Source of the DNA: Bugula neritina
Taxonomy: Eukaryota > Animalia > Bryozoa
Length of the DNA stretch: 64,000 bases
Direction of reading: 5' to 3'
NCBI GenBank assembly: GCA_964035545.1
Contig: OZ037771.1
Span: 15,471,289-15,535,288 of the forward strand
Each line of letters opens with the position of its first letter. Position 1 is the first letter of the stretch. Positions 1 through 12,710 of this stretch are shown in pieces. The position numbers were made by a program, and so were the translations under genes. Below the pieces are notes generated by a model. That model was not told where the DNA came from, made no database searches, and saw only the letters and a list, made by a program, of their open reading frames with translations.

Positions 1-759
1 CAGTATTTGATATTTATTTGAATATACAACACTTGACATTTCATTCCAGCAACACTTGTAAAGTATACAGAAAATAAAATGTTTCATCATACGAATAGAA
101 CTGCCAACAAAATTCTATGCGTTAGGTTGACACCATTCCAAATAATTAGAAATGCCAAATTCAAAACCGATTTCATGGAACTGGAGGGAGTGTGAAGAGC
201 CATAAATATGTATGGAGGAGGAGAAATGCGGATGTTTACCGCAATGGTGCAGATTTCTTCACCAATTCATTACAAAAGAAATTCAGAGCGTGGCAGTTCT
301 GCATATTTTACATTGTCTGCACTTAATGAAACGGTAATATATTACATGTAAAACCATGGAGAATGTGAAATTATTACAGGACATTCAAAGGTCAAACGAA
401 GGCCAGGTGATAACTTTATCACAAAGAAAGCAACAGTCAAGTTGTATTGTAATTTCTGAGAGACATGCTATTCAGTAGACACATGACAGTATACTGGCTG
501 GTGTAAGCTTGTTCCTGCCAGGAGTGACATCAGAAGACAAGAAAGTGCTTCTGTGAATGACAGAGTGGAAAGCGACTTTCAACCTCCAATAGGATTAACA
601 CCCAAACAGCATTTTACATCAGAACTAATGTAGGTAATTGGATAAAAACGCCAAAAAACAAAAAGTAAAATTGTGTTGAAATTAAAGTGAAGTTTACTAG
701 TAGTCCAGAAGTTGCATCTCTAATTTTCCAACCATAGTGTTTCAGCAACAGCAGTGAGT

Positions 760-1151
760 GGGGGAGAGAGAGAGGGAGAGGGAGAGAGGGAGGAGGGGGA
801 GGGGGAGGGGGAGAGAGAGAGGGAGAGGGAGAGAGAGGGAAAGGGAGAGGGAGGGAGGGAGAGGGAGAGAGGGAGGAGGGGGAGGGGGAGGGGGAGAGAG
901 AGAGGGAGAGGGAGAGAGAGGGAAAGGGAGAGGGAGGGAGGGAGAGAGAGAGGGAGAAGGAGAGAGGGAGGAGGGGGAGGGGGAGGGGGAGAGAGAGAGG
1001 GAGAGGGAGAGAGAGGGAAAGGGAGAGGGAGAGAGGGAGAGAGGGAGAGAGGGAGAGAGGGAGAGAGGGAGAGAGAGAGAGAGGGAAAGGGAGAGGGAGG
1101 GAGGGAGAGAGAGGGAGAGGGAGAGGGAGAGAGGGAGAGAGGGAGAGAGAG
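760..1151. repeat. Pure polypurine (G/A) low-complexity tract
   Basis: About 390 nt of only G and A (GAGAGG/GGGGGA units), in a presumed MICU intron. Confidence 0.95.
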
Positions 1152-1993
1152 AATCGGTAACAGAGATATAGATGGTAAGAAAATGAAGGTAGTAAAAGTG
1201 GTCAGGTAGATTTACTGCTAATAGAAATTGTTGTCAACTATGTAGGTTTCCTATGGCAGCTTTTCAAGAAAAAAAGAAGTCAGAAACCTTTTTGGCCCAT
1301 CAGAGCTGAATGTTATGTGCTAGAGCGTGAAATGTATTCAGCCACCATTCTTGTATCTTTTCCAAGGTAGGTGTAATGATATGTTTGAAATCATACGTTT
1401 GTCTAATTCATTATTCAGCCATGTCTATCCTTTGAAAGTGATTGAAGCCATTTATTTATTTCAAGGTAAACTCAAAGCTTTAATATTGCAAATATTGATG
1501 CATAGGAATGTATCCATTACATAAGAGTCTTAAAATAAACATTAACTTGACACAAGAGCCATGAAGCTATGACAGGAACATACCTGCTGAGTATGTGAGT
1601 ACCAACAAGTTGTTAACTAGCTGATGTGAGCAACCTATCAGCCTCTAAAACACAAACAGGAACCTAAAGGCTTTCGAGTTGTCTGCGCAAATACAACTTC
1701 AAGTCTAGCAGTATTTAGAGCCCTCCATTAAATTAACAGCTTCACTTCAAACTACTGCTAATGGAACTTGCACACCCAATATTGTAATGCTGAACGGGGG
1801 GGGGGGGGTAGATTATCTGATCATAAAGCTGGGCATAAAGCTGTAAAGAATTGTAGACCTAGGACTTGGACTAGGAGAAAATAAAATAACGCTAGTTGGA
1901 AAGGCAGATCTCCTCATGAAAACTGTTTGAATATGAATACTAGGCTGGAAGTGTTGAAACAGGACCTGATTGTCTGTAACTATCTAGCATCAA

Positions 1994-3097
1994 CAGAAGA
2001 GAGTGGATATAGGTGAACATCAACACCTGGTAGGGAACAGAACAGAGTGGATACAGGTGAACATCAACATCTGGTAGGGAACAGAAGAGAGTGGATACAG
2101 GTGAACATCAACATCTGGTAGGGAACAGAACAGAGTGGATACAGGTGAACATCAACACCTGGTAGGGAACAGAACAGAGTGGATATAGGTGAACATCAAC
2201 ATCTGGTAGGGAACAGAAGAGAGTGGATACAGGTGAACATCAACATCTGGTAGGGAACAGAAGAGAGTGGATATAGGTGAACATCAACATCTGGTAGGGA
2301 ACAGAAGAGAGTGGATATAGGTGAGTATCAACATCTGGTAGGGAACAGAACAGAGTAGATACAGGTGAACATCAACATCTGGTAGGGAACAGAAGAGAGT
2401 GGATATAGGTGAACATCAACACCTGGTAGGGAACAGAACAGAGTGGATATAGGTGAACATCAACATCTGGTAGGGAACAGAAGAGAGTGGATACAGGTGA
2501 ACATCAACATCTGGTAGGGAACAGAAGAGAGTGGATATAGGTGAACATCAACATCTGGTAGGGAACAGAAGAGAGTGGATATAGGTGAGTATCAACATCT
2601 GGTAGGGAACAGAACAGAGTAGATACAGGTGAACATCAACATCTGGTAGGGAACAGAAGAGAGTGGATACAGGTGAGTGTCAACATCTGGTAGGGAACAG
2701 AACAGAGTAGATACAGGTGAACATCAACACCTGGTAGGGAACAGAAGAGAGTAGATACAGGTGAACATCAACATCTGGTAGGGAACAGAAGAGAGTGGAT
2801 ACAGGTGAGTGTCAACATCTGGTAGGGAACAGAACAGAGTAGATACAGGTGAACATCAACACCTGGTAGGGAACAGAAGAGAGTAGATACAGGTGAACAT
2901 CAACATCTGGTAGGGAACAGAAGAGAGTGGATACAGGTGAGTGTCAACATCTGGTAGGGAACAGAAGAGAGTAGATACAGGTGAACATCAACATCTGGTA
3001 GGGAACAGAAGAGAGTGGATACAGGTGAGTGTCAACATCTGGTAGGGAACAGAACAGAGTAGATACAGGTGAACATCAACATCTGGTAGGGAACAGA
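1994..3097. repeat. 44-nt tandem minisatellite, about 25 copies
   Basis: Unit AACATCTGGTAGGGAACAGAAGAGAGTGGATACAGGTGAACATC; no unique spacers. Confidence 0.95.
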
Positions 3098-4332
3098 TAA
3101 ATGACAATGTTTGGCAAGTGAACTCAACATTTGCATTCATTGATAAAATATCCTTCCATCAGTCACTATCCTAGCAGCATGGAGCCAGCTCTGTGTCAAG
3201 AGGTTGACCTGGATATTTCACACCTTAAGGCCTCCTAGTTGGATCCGTGAATGACATGACCAACTTGTAACCAACTTCAACACAGACAGATATTATAGCT
3301 TTCAGAGTAGGACAATTCCACGCTCTGATCTACGCTAGTCAACACAGGTTGTTAATTATCTACATTCTACAAGGTAGACAATTAAAACAAGACAAAATGG
3401 AATGGGAAGTTACTCCACTAAGAACTAATTGTATAGCAAGGAATTCCAAATGCGACTCCACCAAAGGTCTTTTCATTACAGAGAGATTTCACTTTTAATT
3501 CACAAGTTCTATTACATCACCAGAGTGAAATATGACTTGGAGGTCATGTGACATGGAACATATGAAGGAAATCAACACAACTAACTTGCATCTTTAACAA
3601 CCCAGCACCAGGAGTTAAACTTATAGCACTTTAGTCCTTATCTCAGCTGCTAGTCATAACACAGAGGAAAAACAAGTTGAGGCAGACTGGCACACGTTAA
3701 GTCAGCATTTTTCATATGGCAGCGTGACAGGAAGCAAGCTAGTCCGGCAGGCGGCAAAACTTTTACATAAATTGTTCACAAGTCTATAATAACACATTCT
3801 TGATATATTTGCACAAGTGAAAACCCATTAAAATCAAATACTTGATGTGTTGAAGCATGTTATTTCATATCAAGAATGAATTTATTAGCATAAGAAACTT
3901 AAAACTCTATATTGTACATACTGCAAATAATGCTGATATACCCGTTGTGTGTGTATATTATATTATAGCTGTAATGAGTCATTAGAAGATAAAAGTACCC
4001 TCTTAAAGAGTATATATACATTGCAAGCCTTGCACACTCGACAGCACCCTTCCAACAGACCCCCCCCCTGTGCTTCACTCAACAACTCCCCCTGCCCTGC
4101 TAGCAAATGTAGCAGATTAGGGTCACAGCACCAGTTACCTGGTTTTCTAACCTGGCGTTACTTGAATGATTTATTTTCAAAACTAACAAAAAACGAAAAA
4201 TAGCTTTTATAATATTGCCAGACACATAAAGTTGATGAATACTAAACGTTAGCTGAAAAAGGATAACCTACTGTTAGGAGGAAACATCTTACCTGTAAAG
4301 AGGATATATCTTACTTGTTAAGAGGATCTTAC

Positions 4333-7300
4333 CTGTTAGGATACAGAGCAGGAAGAGATACTCTACATAGGAAATTATTCCTACAAATAAAACCGAAAAA
4401 CTTATTACTTATACAAGATGGTAGTAGTTCTATAAAGTAAAATTAACATCTTGAAATAAACTACATATAATGGGTATTAGTATTTATCAAGTAGTGACTG
4501 TGATACTACATGTTGAGTACACATTGTGATACTACATGTTGAGTACACATTGTGATACTACATGTTGAGTATACATTGTGATACTACATGTTGAGTATAC
4601 ATTGTGATACTACATGTTGAGTACACATTGTGATACTACATGTTGAGTACACATTGTGATACTACATGTTGAGTATACATTGTGATACTACATGATGAGT
4701 ACACATTGTGATACTACATGTTGAGTACACATTGTGATACTACATGTTGAGTATACATTGTGATACTACATGATGAGTATACATTGTGATACTACATGTT
4801 GAGTATACATTGTGATACTACATGTTGAGTATACATTGTGATACTACATGTTGAGTATACATTGTGATACTACATGTTGAGTATACATTGTGATACTACA
4901 TGTTGAGTATACATTGTGATACTACATGTTGAGTACACATTGTGATACTACATGTTGAGTACACATTGTGATACTACATGTTGAGTATACATCGTGATAC
5001 TACATGTTGAGTATACATTGTGATACTACATGTTGAGTATACATTGTGATACTACATGTTGAGTATACATTGTGATACTACATGTTGAGTATACATTGTG
5101 ATACTACATGTTGAGTATACATTGTGATACTACATGTTGAGTATACACCGTGATACTACATGTTGAGTATACATTGTGATACTACATGTTGAGTATACAT
5201 TGTGATACTACATGTTGAGTATACATTGTGATACTACATGGAACATATGTAACATGCAATCCCTGTAGACTAATCAAAATTTGACTGAATCATTTTTTTA
5301 CTTTCTAGTACAAATTAGTCAAATTGATATTATTTCAGATTATAAAATTCCATTTGCATACTTTGTCATACACTGCTAAATTTCCTATGCTATTTTAATC
5401 ACACTAAGTCTCTATACAAATGAGTACACACAAAGATTTATTTCAAATGAAGAAATTTTATTTATTAAATCATACATTAGCACAGAATTGCAAAAGATGT
5501 AAAGATCAGACAAAAATTCCAACATACATATTAAAAAAATATTCATATTTAGTTTATACCAGATCCACACTTTCTTATGATGAATAGTCTAACACAAATA
5601 TTCTTACTCAATGACAAATGGAAAACATGAAAAAGACCACAGCTCATAATAAATTACCACAGGAATTGAGCAGTAAAGTTTTAGAGAGCTACTGGTAAAT
5701 AAAAATCAACTGAAAAACCATAAAAACCTGAAAGTAATGTCAATCATTCCAAAAAGGAAATAATTAACATATGAAATATATGCTAAACAACAATCAGAAA
5801 TGCTATATAAGTCTACACAGTTACTGGGAAGTGTGAAAATTTGGCAATTATGTAACCCTAAGTCAAAAGTCTTACTTCCAGGGCAATTTCTGCACACAGT
5901 ACTGTGTTGTCTGCTGGAAGTGTGACTACATTATCATGCAGATGGAAGCTAAAAACTTCTAGTTCACAATAATGGTTTCTAGACAAAATTAATTTTTTGT
6001 TTAGTCTGGGTGATATATGAATGTTCCACACCACCCATCTATGGCATTGTTGATTAAAAACTAGCTTAGATGAGCATTAATCATATTTGCACCTAAACTC
6101 CATAATCAAGTATATTAACTTAAATTCTAATTTTTGTAATGCTAATGGCTTCCATTGACACATACAAATACTGCTATCAACTGCCTCAAATTCAATAACT
6201 ATTATCACCCACTGTTCACACTAGTAAATAAGTCAATACGGTGAGTTACTCTATGGCCAACAGATGGGGTAAAGTAAGAGAGATTGCTGCAGAGTTTCTT
6301 GGTGCACAGTCTGGTGGTTGAATCTGGCTCCAGAACTGGGCTCTTTAACTGTTGCAAAATAAGAGACTTTGTAATGCATGTATATTGCTAGAGACGAGAT
6401 TAATGAAATAGAGAAATAGTTAGCAGGTGAGGTCTAGTGCACACTTCAAACCATCACATTATTCTACTGGAGTTATAAATTATATGAAACAGAAGTACAT
6501 GTTATATTTAGTACACTTACCAAACTTTTGATGCTCTTTACCAGATCGAGGGCAAATATTTCCAACTTTGGCGCCGCCATATTCAGTTGAATTAATTTCT
6601 ACTCGAAAATATTTTTGCAGCAAATTAGATCACACCCTCAATTACGCAACGGCATGTTCATTGACAGGTCATGAAAAGGTTGAGGATCTACATCTGTAGC
6701 ATCTGAATTTACAGTCAATATTGATAGCAAAAAAGTTGATTAACAACTTGCGCTTCTCGAAATACAAGGGCCGGATGAATAATTCATTGCGATCTGTCCA
6801 TATTTGATGTTTCCACGAGGATATGTCTGCATTATTTGGCAAAATTACTTTTAAAATAAATAACTATTGCAAAATAGTATTTACCATAAACAGCAAAATA
6901 AACAGCTGCAACAGGCTTGCTTTAAATAAATATTAATGAATATGCATCACAGTTATGTACCACATACTGTAAACATGTTTAATTATGAAACAATGCTGAC
7001 ACACCTCCCAACCACCAACAGGTAAAGAGTATTATTTGTTTACCCTGCTCGTTGAGACTTCTGAACATCTTGTTGTCACCGCGCCTTCTGGATGGAGTCT
7101 GCTTCAGCCATCGGGACATGGTAGAGCCATCAATAGCAATTCTATATTTACGAGCTGAAACATTTCATAAGTATAAAGCAATAACTGTACACAGCATCTA
7201 ATGTCTTACATCTTGAAACATGTGGCCAGTTTGTATCTCCCACCATTAGCAATGTATCTCCCACCATTAGCAATAGCCATCATGGGAATTTACTCTAGCA

Positions 7301-10300
7301 GGGCTCAACTAGAGATACTCTTCTTACCACGTGAATTTATTTAAAAATCACGTTTGTGTCAACACTTCACAACGTATGCAATCAAGAGAGAATAGCATAC
7401 AATCAAGAGAGAATAGGTGGGCCACTTGAAGAAATGCTGGTGCTGAGAGATTAGCTGTGATGAAGAAATTAGCTCAACTATAATTTAAAGATTAACTTGC
7501 GACTGCATTCACTTGTTTTAGTGAACAAGCTATTAGTAGCTTAATTGAAATGCTTGAGAGAAAGTGGTGAACCCCCAAGTGACCAGACTCTTGCACACTA
7601 AACATGGTGCAGGCTTGTTGACTCAACTCAAGTAACTCAAGAGCCGCTGACAGCCAAGTTTTATGAATAGAAAGCAGAATTTAATTTGAGCAATGAAATC
7701 ATTGCAAACATGTGCTGTAAACAAATTGCAAAATTTACGGCTAGAAGAGGCCAAATAACCTCTATAGTAAAAATAATACATCATTTCAGCAACGAGTTGT
7801 TAGGCTTTGTCAGGTAACCAAGAGTGTTGGCAAGCAGAGCTCTGAATGCAGTGAGAGTAGAGACACATCAAAGGGTAAAGGTAAGACAAGAATTTTGAGA
7901 CATAGAGGATAAAAGCCAGTTTTAAAATGCTTGCCAGAGGAGTGTTGAAAATATGGCAACATATTCAGAATGGCAAAAGCCAACTTAAGCAGAATTAATC
8001 AATAGAATGATAAACAAGATGCCCTTTAATAGCTGAACTGCTGGTATTAGGGACTTGTGATGACAAAGGGGTGACTGCCAATTTAATAACATGATAAAAC
8101 ATGCTAAATGTTATCAAAAGCTTTATAAAACACAACATCTTCCCCATTGATCTTTTTTCACCTCATTAGAGAATTACTAAATGATACAATCACATGACGA
8201 AGCAGTTTACAGATAGTACAGAACTTCTAGTCGTATCACAGTATAAGATAGCATAGCAAGAAAGATGAGCCAGCTAGGTATGTAGCTGGCTATAAGGGCT
8301 AGAAACAACTAGAAAAGCTGAAAGGGAGGTAAGAGTGGGTATTAGAGTTTTAACTGATAATAAGTTAGAGGGCAGTCACCTCTCGCCCCTTCCTGAGTGA
8401 CTGAGTTGAGGAAGTCCTGTGGCGTCATATACACTTCACCATTGTACACTACAGAAGCAAAGTGCAGGAATCTCTGCTCTCTCATGTGGAACACATCTCC
8501 CGATTTCTAGATAACATAGCAGCAGTGTTAGTGTCCACAGAGCTTACAGCTATTGCCACAGAAGTTTAAATTAACTTAGAACACCCCAAAGCCTATTAAT
8601 ATTCCGCATTTTAAATTAAACTAAAAACATTTAACTAAATGAACATGCAACTCAAAACATTCTTAACAAACTAAATTACACAAGTTGTAATCATGCAGCC
8701 ATAGAAACTTGAGCTTGACTTTATATAATATCTAATCTGTCTACAGTGTAAAAAACCTTACACAATCACTGGCAGGTTGAACTCATTCATTATAATTGAA
8801 CATATTTCAGGTGTTAATGGGTTTCTTGCCATTTTGCATTTTTTCCGACTACACCAGTTTTTTTCATTATCCCAAGTACTAAACAATATTGGATATGAAA
8901 TATGTCGATAAAATGCAAATTGTTAATTCTCTGAATAACCATAATTATTGCAAAGATATTAAATGTGGTGTAAAACGAGAGCAGTGTGCTCACATATACT
9001 ACCAGTTCCTTCTTAGACCAGCAGAAATTATTATGCAAAACTGTTTTTATGGTGACAGAGGGTGGGGCAGGCAGAACTTAGAGGGTGCTTCAGCCAGTGT
9101 AAGCCCAATTTGCAACCCTTAATGTGTGTACACTTCGACAAGTCTGCTTAAGCGTTGGGAAAAAGTTCAAATAATTGTTTGAATAAGTATGAGTCTATTG
9201 GTTAGCCAGTACAACAAACATATTGTAATTGTTGTGACGATATTTTCCTATGGATAATGAGGGGCCGAGAGTAAGTATGTGTGTTATTAAGTATCAGTTC
9301 GCAATCATCCTATTGTTTTCACAGGTCAATATAAGCAGGCATAGATGAAAAGTTAACTTTTATTGACATTGTATTTGCTTATAGTTACTCAAGCCGAGTC
9401 TATATAAACTGAAATTTGTATGACAAGGCCTTTTCACATACACCACTCTCTATTATCATTCAATATCAGCAGAGCCAACTTCTTTATAGAGCTAACTGTG
9501 TTGATAAAGTGTTGAAATGACTCCAGTGTTTGGCCTGTACCAGTAACAACAATGATAGTAAAAACATAGCTATATAATACAAGCTAGACATTCATCCTCA
9601 TCACTGTCTCCCAATTCTCAACAGTCAACATTGGGTTTTGAATAATCTGAGGATTGGATACATTTGTTATTTTCATTCTTTATTTACTACTCTTGCATAA
9701 ATAACAACCATTACACCACCCCAAAAATTTTAGTGCTAGTATGAAATAAGCAGTACAGAAATAATAGTTGTATTTGATGAATGTAAGGGTTTGCAGTACA
9801 AAAGAAAATGTGATGATAATATTCAGTTCTATATCAATTTTTCACCTGAAATTTATTAGTATTAAAGATTAGGCTCATACTAAATTTACTAATTATTATG
9901 AATGAAGGAAAATGGAAAGATGCACTTGAAAAGTGATGATATCTTGAGCAAGCAATCATGGCAGTTGTGTACGACAAAGACAACAAGCTCATTTCATTGT
10001 TGTAATTTGTAAGTGTTGTGAAGTGAGCCGGAAGGTGGTCGAGCAATTCTTTGCATTGATTCAATGCCAACAGACTTGAGTACAGTTTAACAAGACATGA
10101 ATATGAATCTCGGATTACAGGGCTATGATCTCTCATTGTCATCCCATTGACTTGTTAATGATACATTATCAAACATAATGATGTGTAAAGCAAACTTGAC
10201 TCATTATCAAAACACAGCATTTGTATGTACTGGAACCCATTTTTAAGTTTTTATTAAACTAAATAAACGGAGGAGACAGAAATTGTATCATTTGTGAAAG

Positions 10301-12672
10301 CGGAGCATATTCTTATGCATTCATGGGAACGGAGCTACCAATCATTCAACTTATCTTTAACTGCATTAAGAATTTAGGTGCAAGTTTATAAACACATTCT
10401 TGTAGCAATTTTAAAATTATTTCTGGCAACTAGGGCATTCTAGCTGATAGGCGATTAGGGAAAAATATGTTTATGAATGGAAACCAGTCCAAAATTTGGC
10501 ATTTCATTTTTACTCAAGACCAGTTTGAAACATTATCAAATTATTTTTAGTTAAAACTGGTTTATCATTTATATATTTCTCTCAGTTTTACGCTAAATTT
10601 AAAGCAGAAGCTATAAAACTAAAATCAGTTTTGCAAAAGCGAATATAATTTATTTTTTATATCCTGAAAGCATAACTTTTCAATGACTCTTGCATTTATA
10701 AATAAAGAACTGAGTTATTAGTGTTGAGCCAAATTAAATTATGTGGATGTATTTAAATGCATTTTAAAATTTTCTAAAAAATTTTCAACATTAACTTATG
10801 GATTTGTAGTATCTTTTAACAGAAGTGAAATACTAGTGGAACGCCAACAAGTTGCAACTCATTCAAACTGTGCCTTGTACTTATTAGATTTGCTTTTGTA
10901 GAGAAACTAAAACCAATTAAGGCAATTTATACTTGCGCTAGCATGTAATAAAGTGGTAAGAGCTTTTGAATTCAGCTAAATTAAAAAATTAGCAGCTTAC
11001 TATTATAGAAACAGATACAAGTTATCCAGTACAGCTTAAAAAATTTTTTTAGTAACTTGGCTGTTGAGATCAAAAATTTGTTTTGTGTGAGTGTCTTTAT
11101 ACATTTTTGAAAATTGAGGTATAGAAATGTGCTTTAAAATAAAATAATAGCCACTGATGCTCTAAAATCTAAATAAATATTAAGTTCGTTGAATTTAATT
11201 TTCTATAATTGTTGTATACAAAATTAAGTGCCTATGTGTCTAACTCTAACGTTAGATTTTCTAGTATGTGTATTAATTACGGAAATTATAGAATAAACCA
11301 CTTCTTAGTAACCAGCACCTAAATTATTTATCATTTTTTGACATTTGCTATTCTATATAGCCTAAATTTGAATTTTATAAAAATTTATTTAAGATTTAAG
11401 CTAGTGCAAATCAGTGCAGCATTGAAGGAAACATACTGGAATAAGTATAATGAACATAAAACCAAGTTTATAAGAAACTTTTATTCGCTATAAAAGTAGA
11501 AAAACTATATGATTATCAGTATCACGTGCCAACGACATTTGTCCTTTAAAATAAAAATTATAATCTGGTTTCAATTCAACTAGAATTATAAATTATAGCA
11601 CTAACAGTAATACTAGGAACTACATTCACAAAATTAGTTACAGATAACCTTTGCAATTTATATTAAGTTGAGAGTTTCTATAAATTTTCATAATAAATAA
11701 AATATTAAAAATAAACTATATAGAAGATCACGATATGGATATCTAATAGTAATTGAAAATCATATTTATTACCACTTAATAGTTGAATGATTCATCAATT
11801 ACAATCACAACGGAAACAAAATAAAATAGAGAGAACAATAATAAGCCTCCAGACTAATAAATTTATATCATAATTATGTATGAACTAAAACAAAGTATTT
11901 TGACAAAATGAAAATGAATAAAATTTGAGTCCAACTTTTATTCACTTTGAATACTTACTGGCTCAGAGTCAAGAGCATCATCATTCACGCTGTCTTCGTT
12001 TACAGATGCATTTAATTTTATTGATGAGTAAGTGCATTTGAAATTTTGGAACTGGTGCACTTTACATTTTTCAAATAAGAACAAAATTTTACTAGCTAAG
12101 GCAGATATAGTGACTGCAAAATGGTTACGCACATTCTCAAAAGATAGATAATTGAGATTGTGCGAGTAAAGGTCTGAACTTAGTTGGCAATCATTATCGA
12201 AATGAAAAGGTAGAAGTAGATAACTAACAGTAGAACTAGAAGTCGAAGGAGCTTGGTTACTTGTATTTGTAATCGAGAGTAATGCCAAGTCTGTTTGCAA
12301 ATCTGAGTGATCGCTAATTTGACTAGATATCAGAGTAGGTCTTACACTTGCACTTAGATTTCCAATCTTACTACTAGCAATAGCAGCACTACTAGTATAA
12401 GTATCACTATCAGTTTTGCCCCTAAGCCTAGCAGTATCAATATGAATATGAGTAGGCGTAGCACTAGACCTAGTTGTCACTTTGAGTCGACTAGCTGCAT
12501 CGCTTGTTTGCTCAACAGTACCGCTATAATTACGTGTTACATAAAATAATGAAAATGACGAAGTACCACAAAATAAAATTCTTAGTGCATTCGATGATGA
12601 TAAGGCTCTAGAGCCTTTGCAAAATCTAAAAAATTGTGTAAAACCAAATTGTTTTGACAAACAGGATATCAT
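4333..12672 (-). CDS. MICU3: Calcium uptake protein, mitochondrial (MICU2/MICU3-like), 5' part; continues off the left edge
   Basis: Exons 12672-~12481 (MISCLSKQFGFTQFFRFCKG..., mitochondrial-targeting-like; donor position uncertain), 8506-8380 (KSGDVFHMREQRFLHFASVVYNGEVYMTPQDFLNSVTQE), 7154-7044 (...LKQTPSRRRGDNKMFRSLNEQ), 4380-4333 (GIISYVEYLFLLCILT). GT-AG junctions with consistent phases. Motifs match MICU2/3 (RF..F.S....G..YMTP.DF; G.ISY.EYLFLL.ILT). Probably a pro-ortholog of MICU2 and MICU3. Confidence 0.88.
4499..5240. repeat. 26-nt tandem minisatellite, about 28 copies (MICU intron)
   Basis: Unit TGTGATACTACATGTTGAGTATACAT. Confidence 0.95.
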
Positions 12673-12698
12673 GATGGTCGTCCAGTGTCTACAAAATA

Positions 12699-12710
12699 TG
12701 CGCACGCGCA
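12699..12710. promoter_or_regulatory. NRF1/Ewg-type site upstream of MICU start
   Basis: TGCGCACGCGCA matches YGCGCAYGCGCR exactly, about 27 nt upstream of the MICU ATG in a locally CpG-retaining segment. Confidence 0.5.

Noticed and set aside
754-1209. Glu/Arg/Gly-rich ORFs
   Set aside because: Translation of a pure G/A tract that cannot contain stop codons; no ATG start or splice support.
1994-3097. CRISPR-like appearance of the 44-nt array (and other arrays)
   Set aside because: Head-to-tail units with no unique spacers, no cas genes, eukaryotic context.
8991-9040. Possible small extra MICU exon (LHNNFCWSKKELVVY)
   Set aside because: Phase-compatible only with an alternative exon-1 donor near 12522; no recognisable homology, so it cannot be supported.
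11938-12480. 3' two-thirds of the 255-aa ORF 11938-12705
   Set aside because: The ORF starts at a GTG inside the NRF1-like site; the likely ATG is 12672. The Ser/Thr-rich continuation looks like read-through into MICU intron 1.
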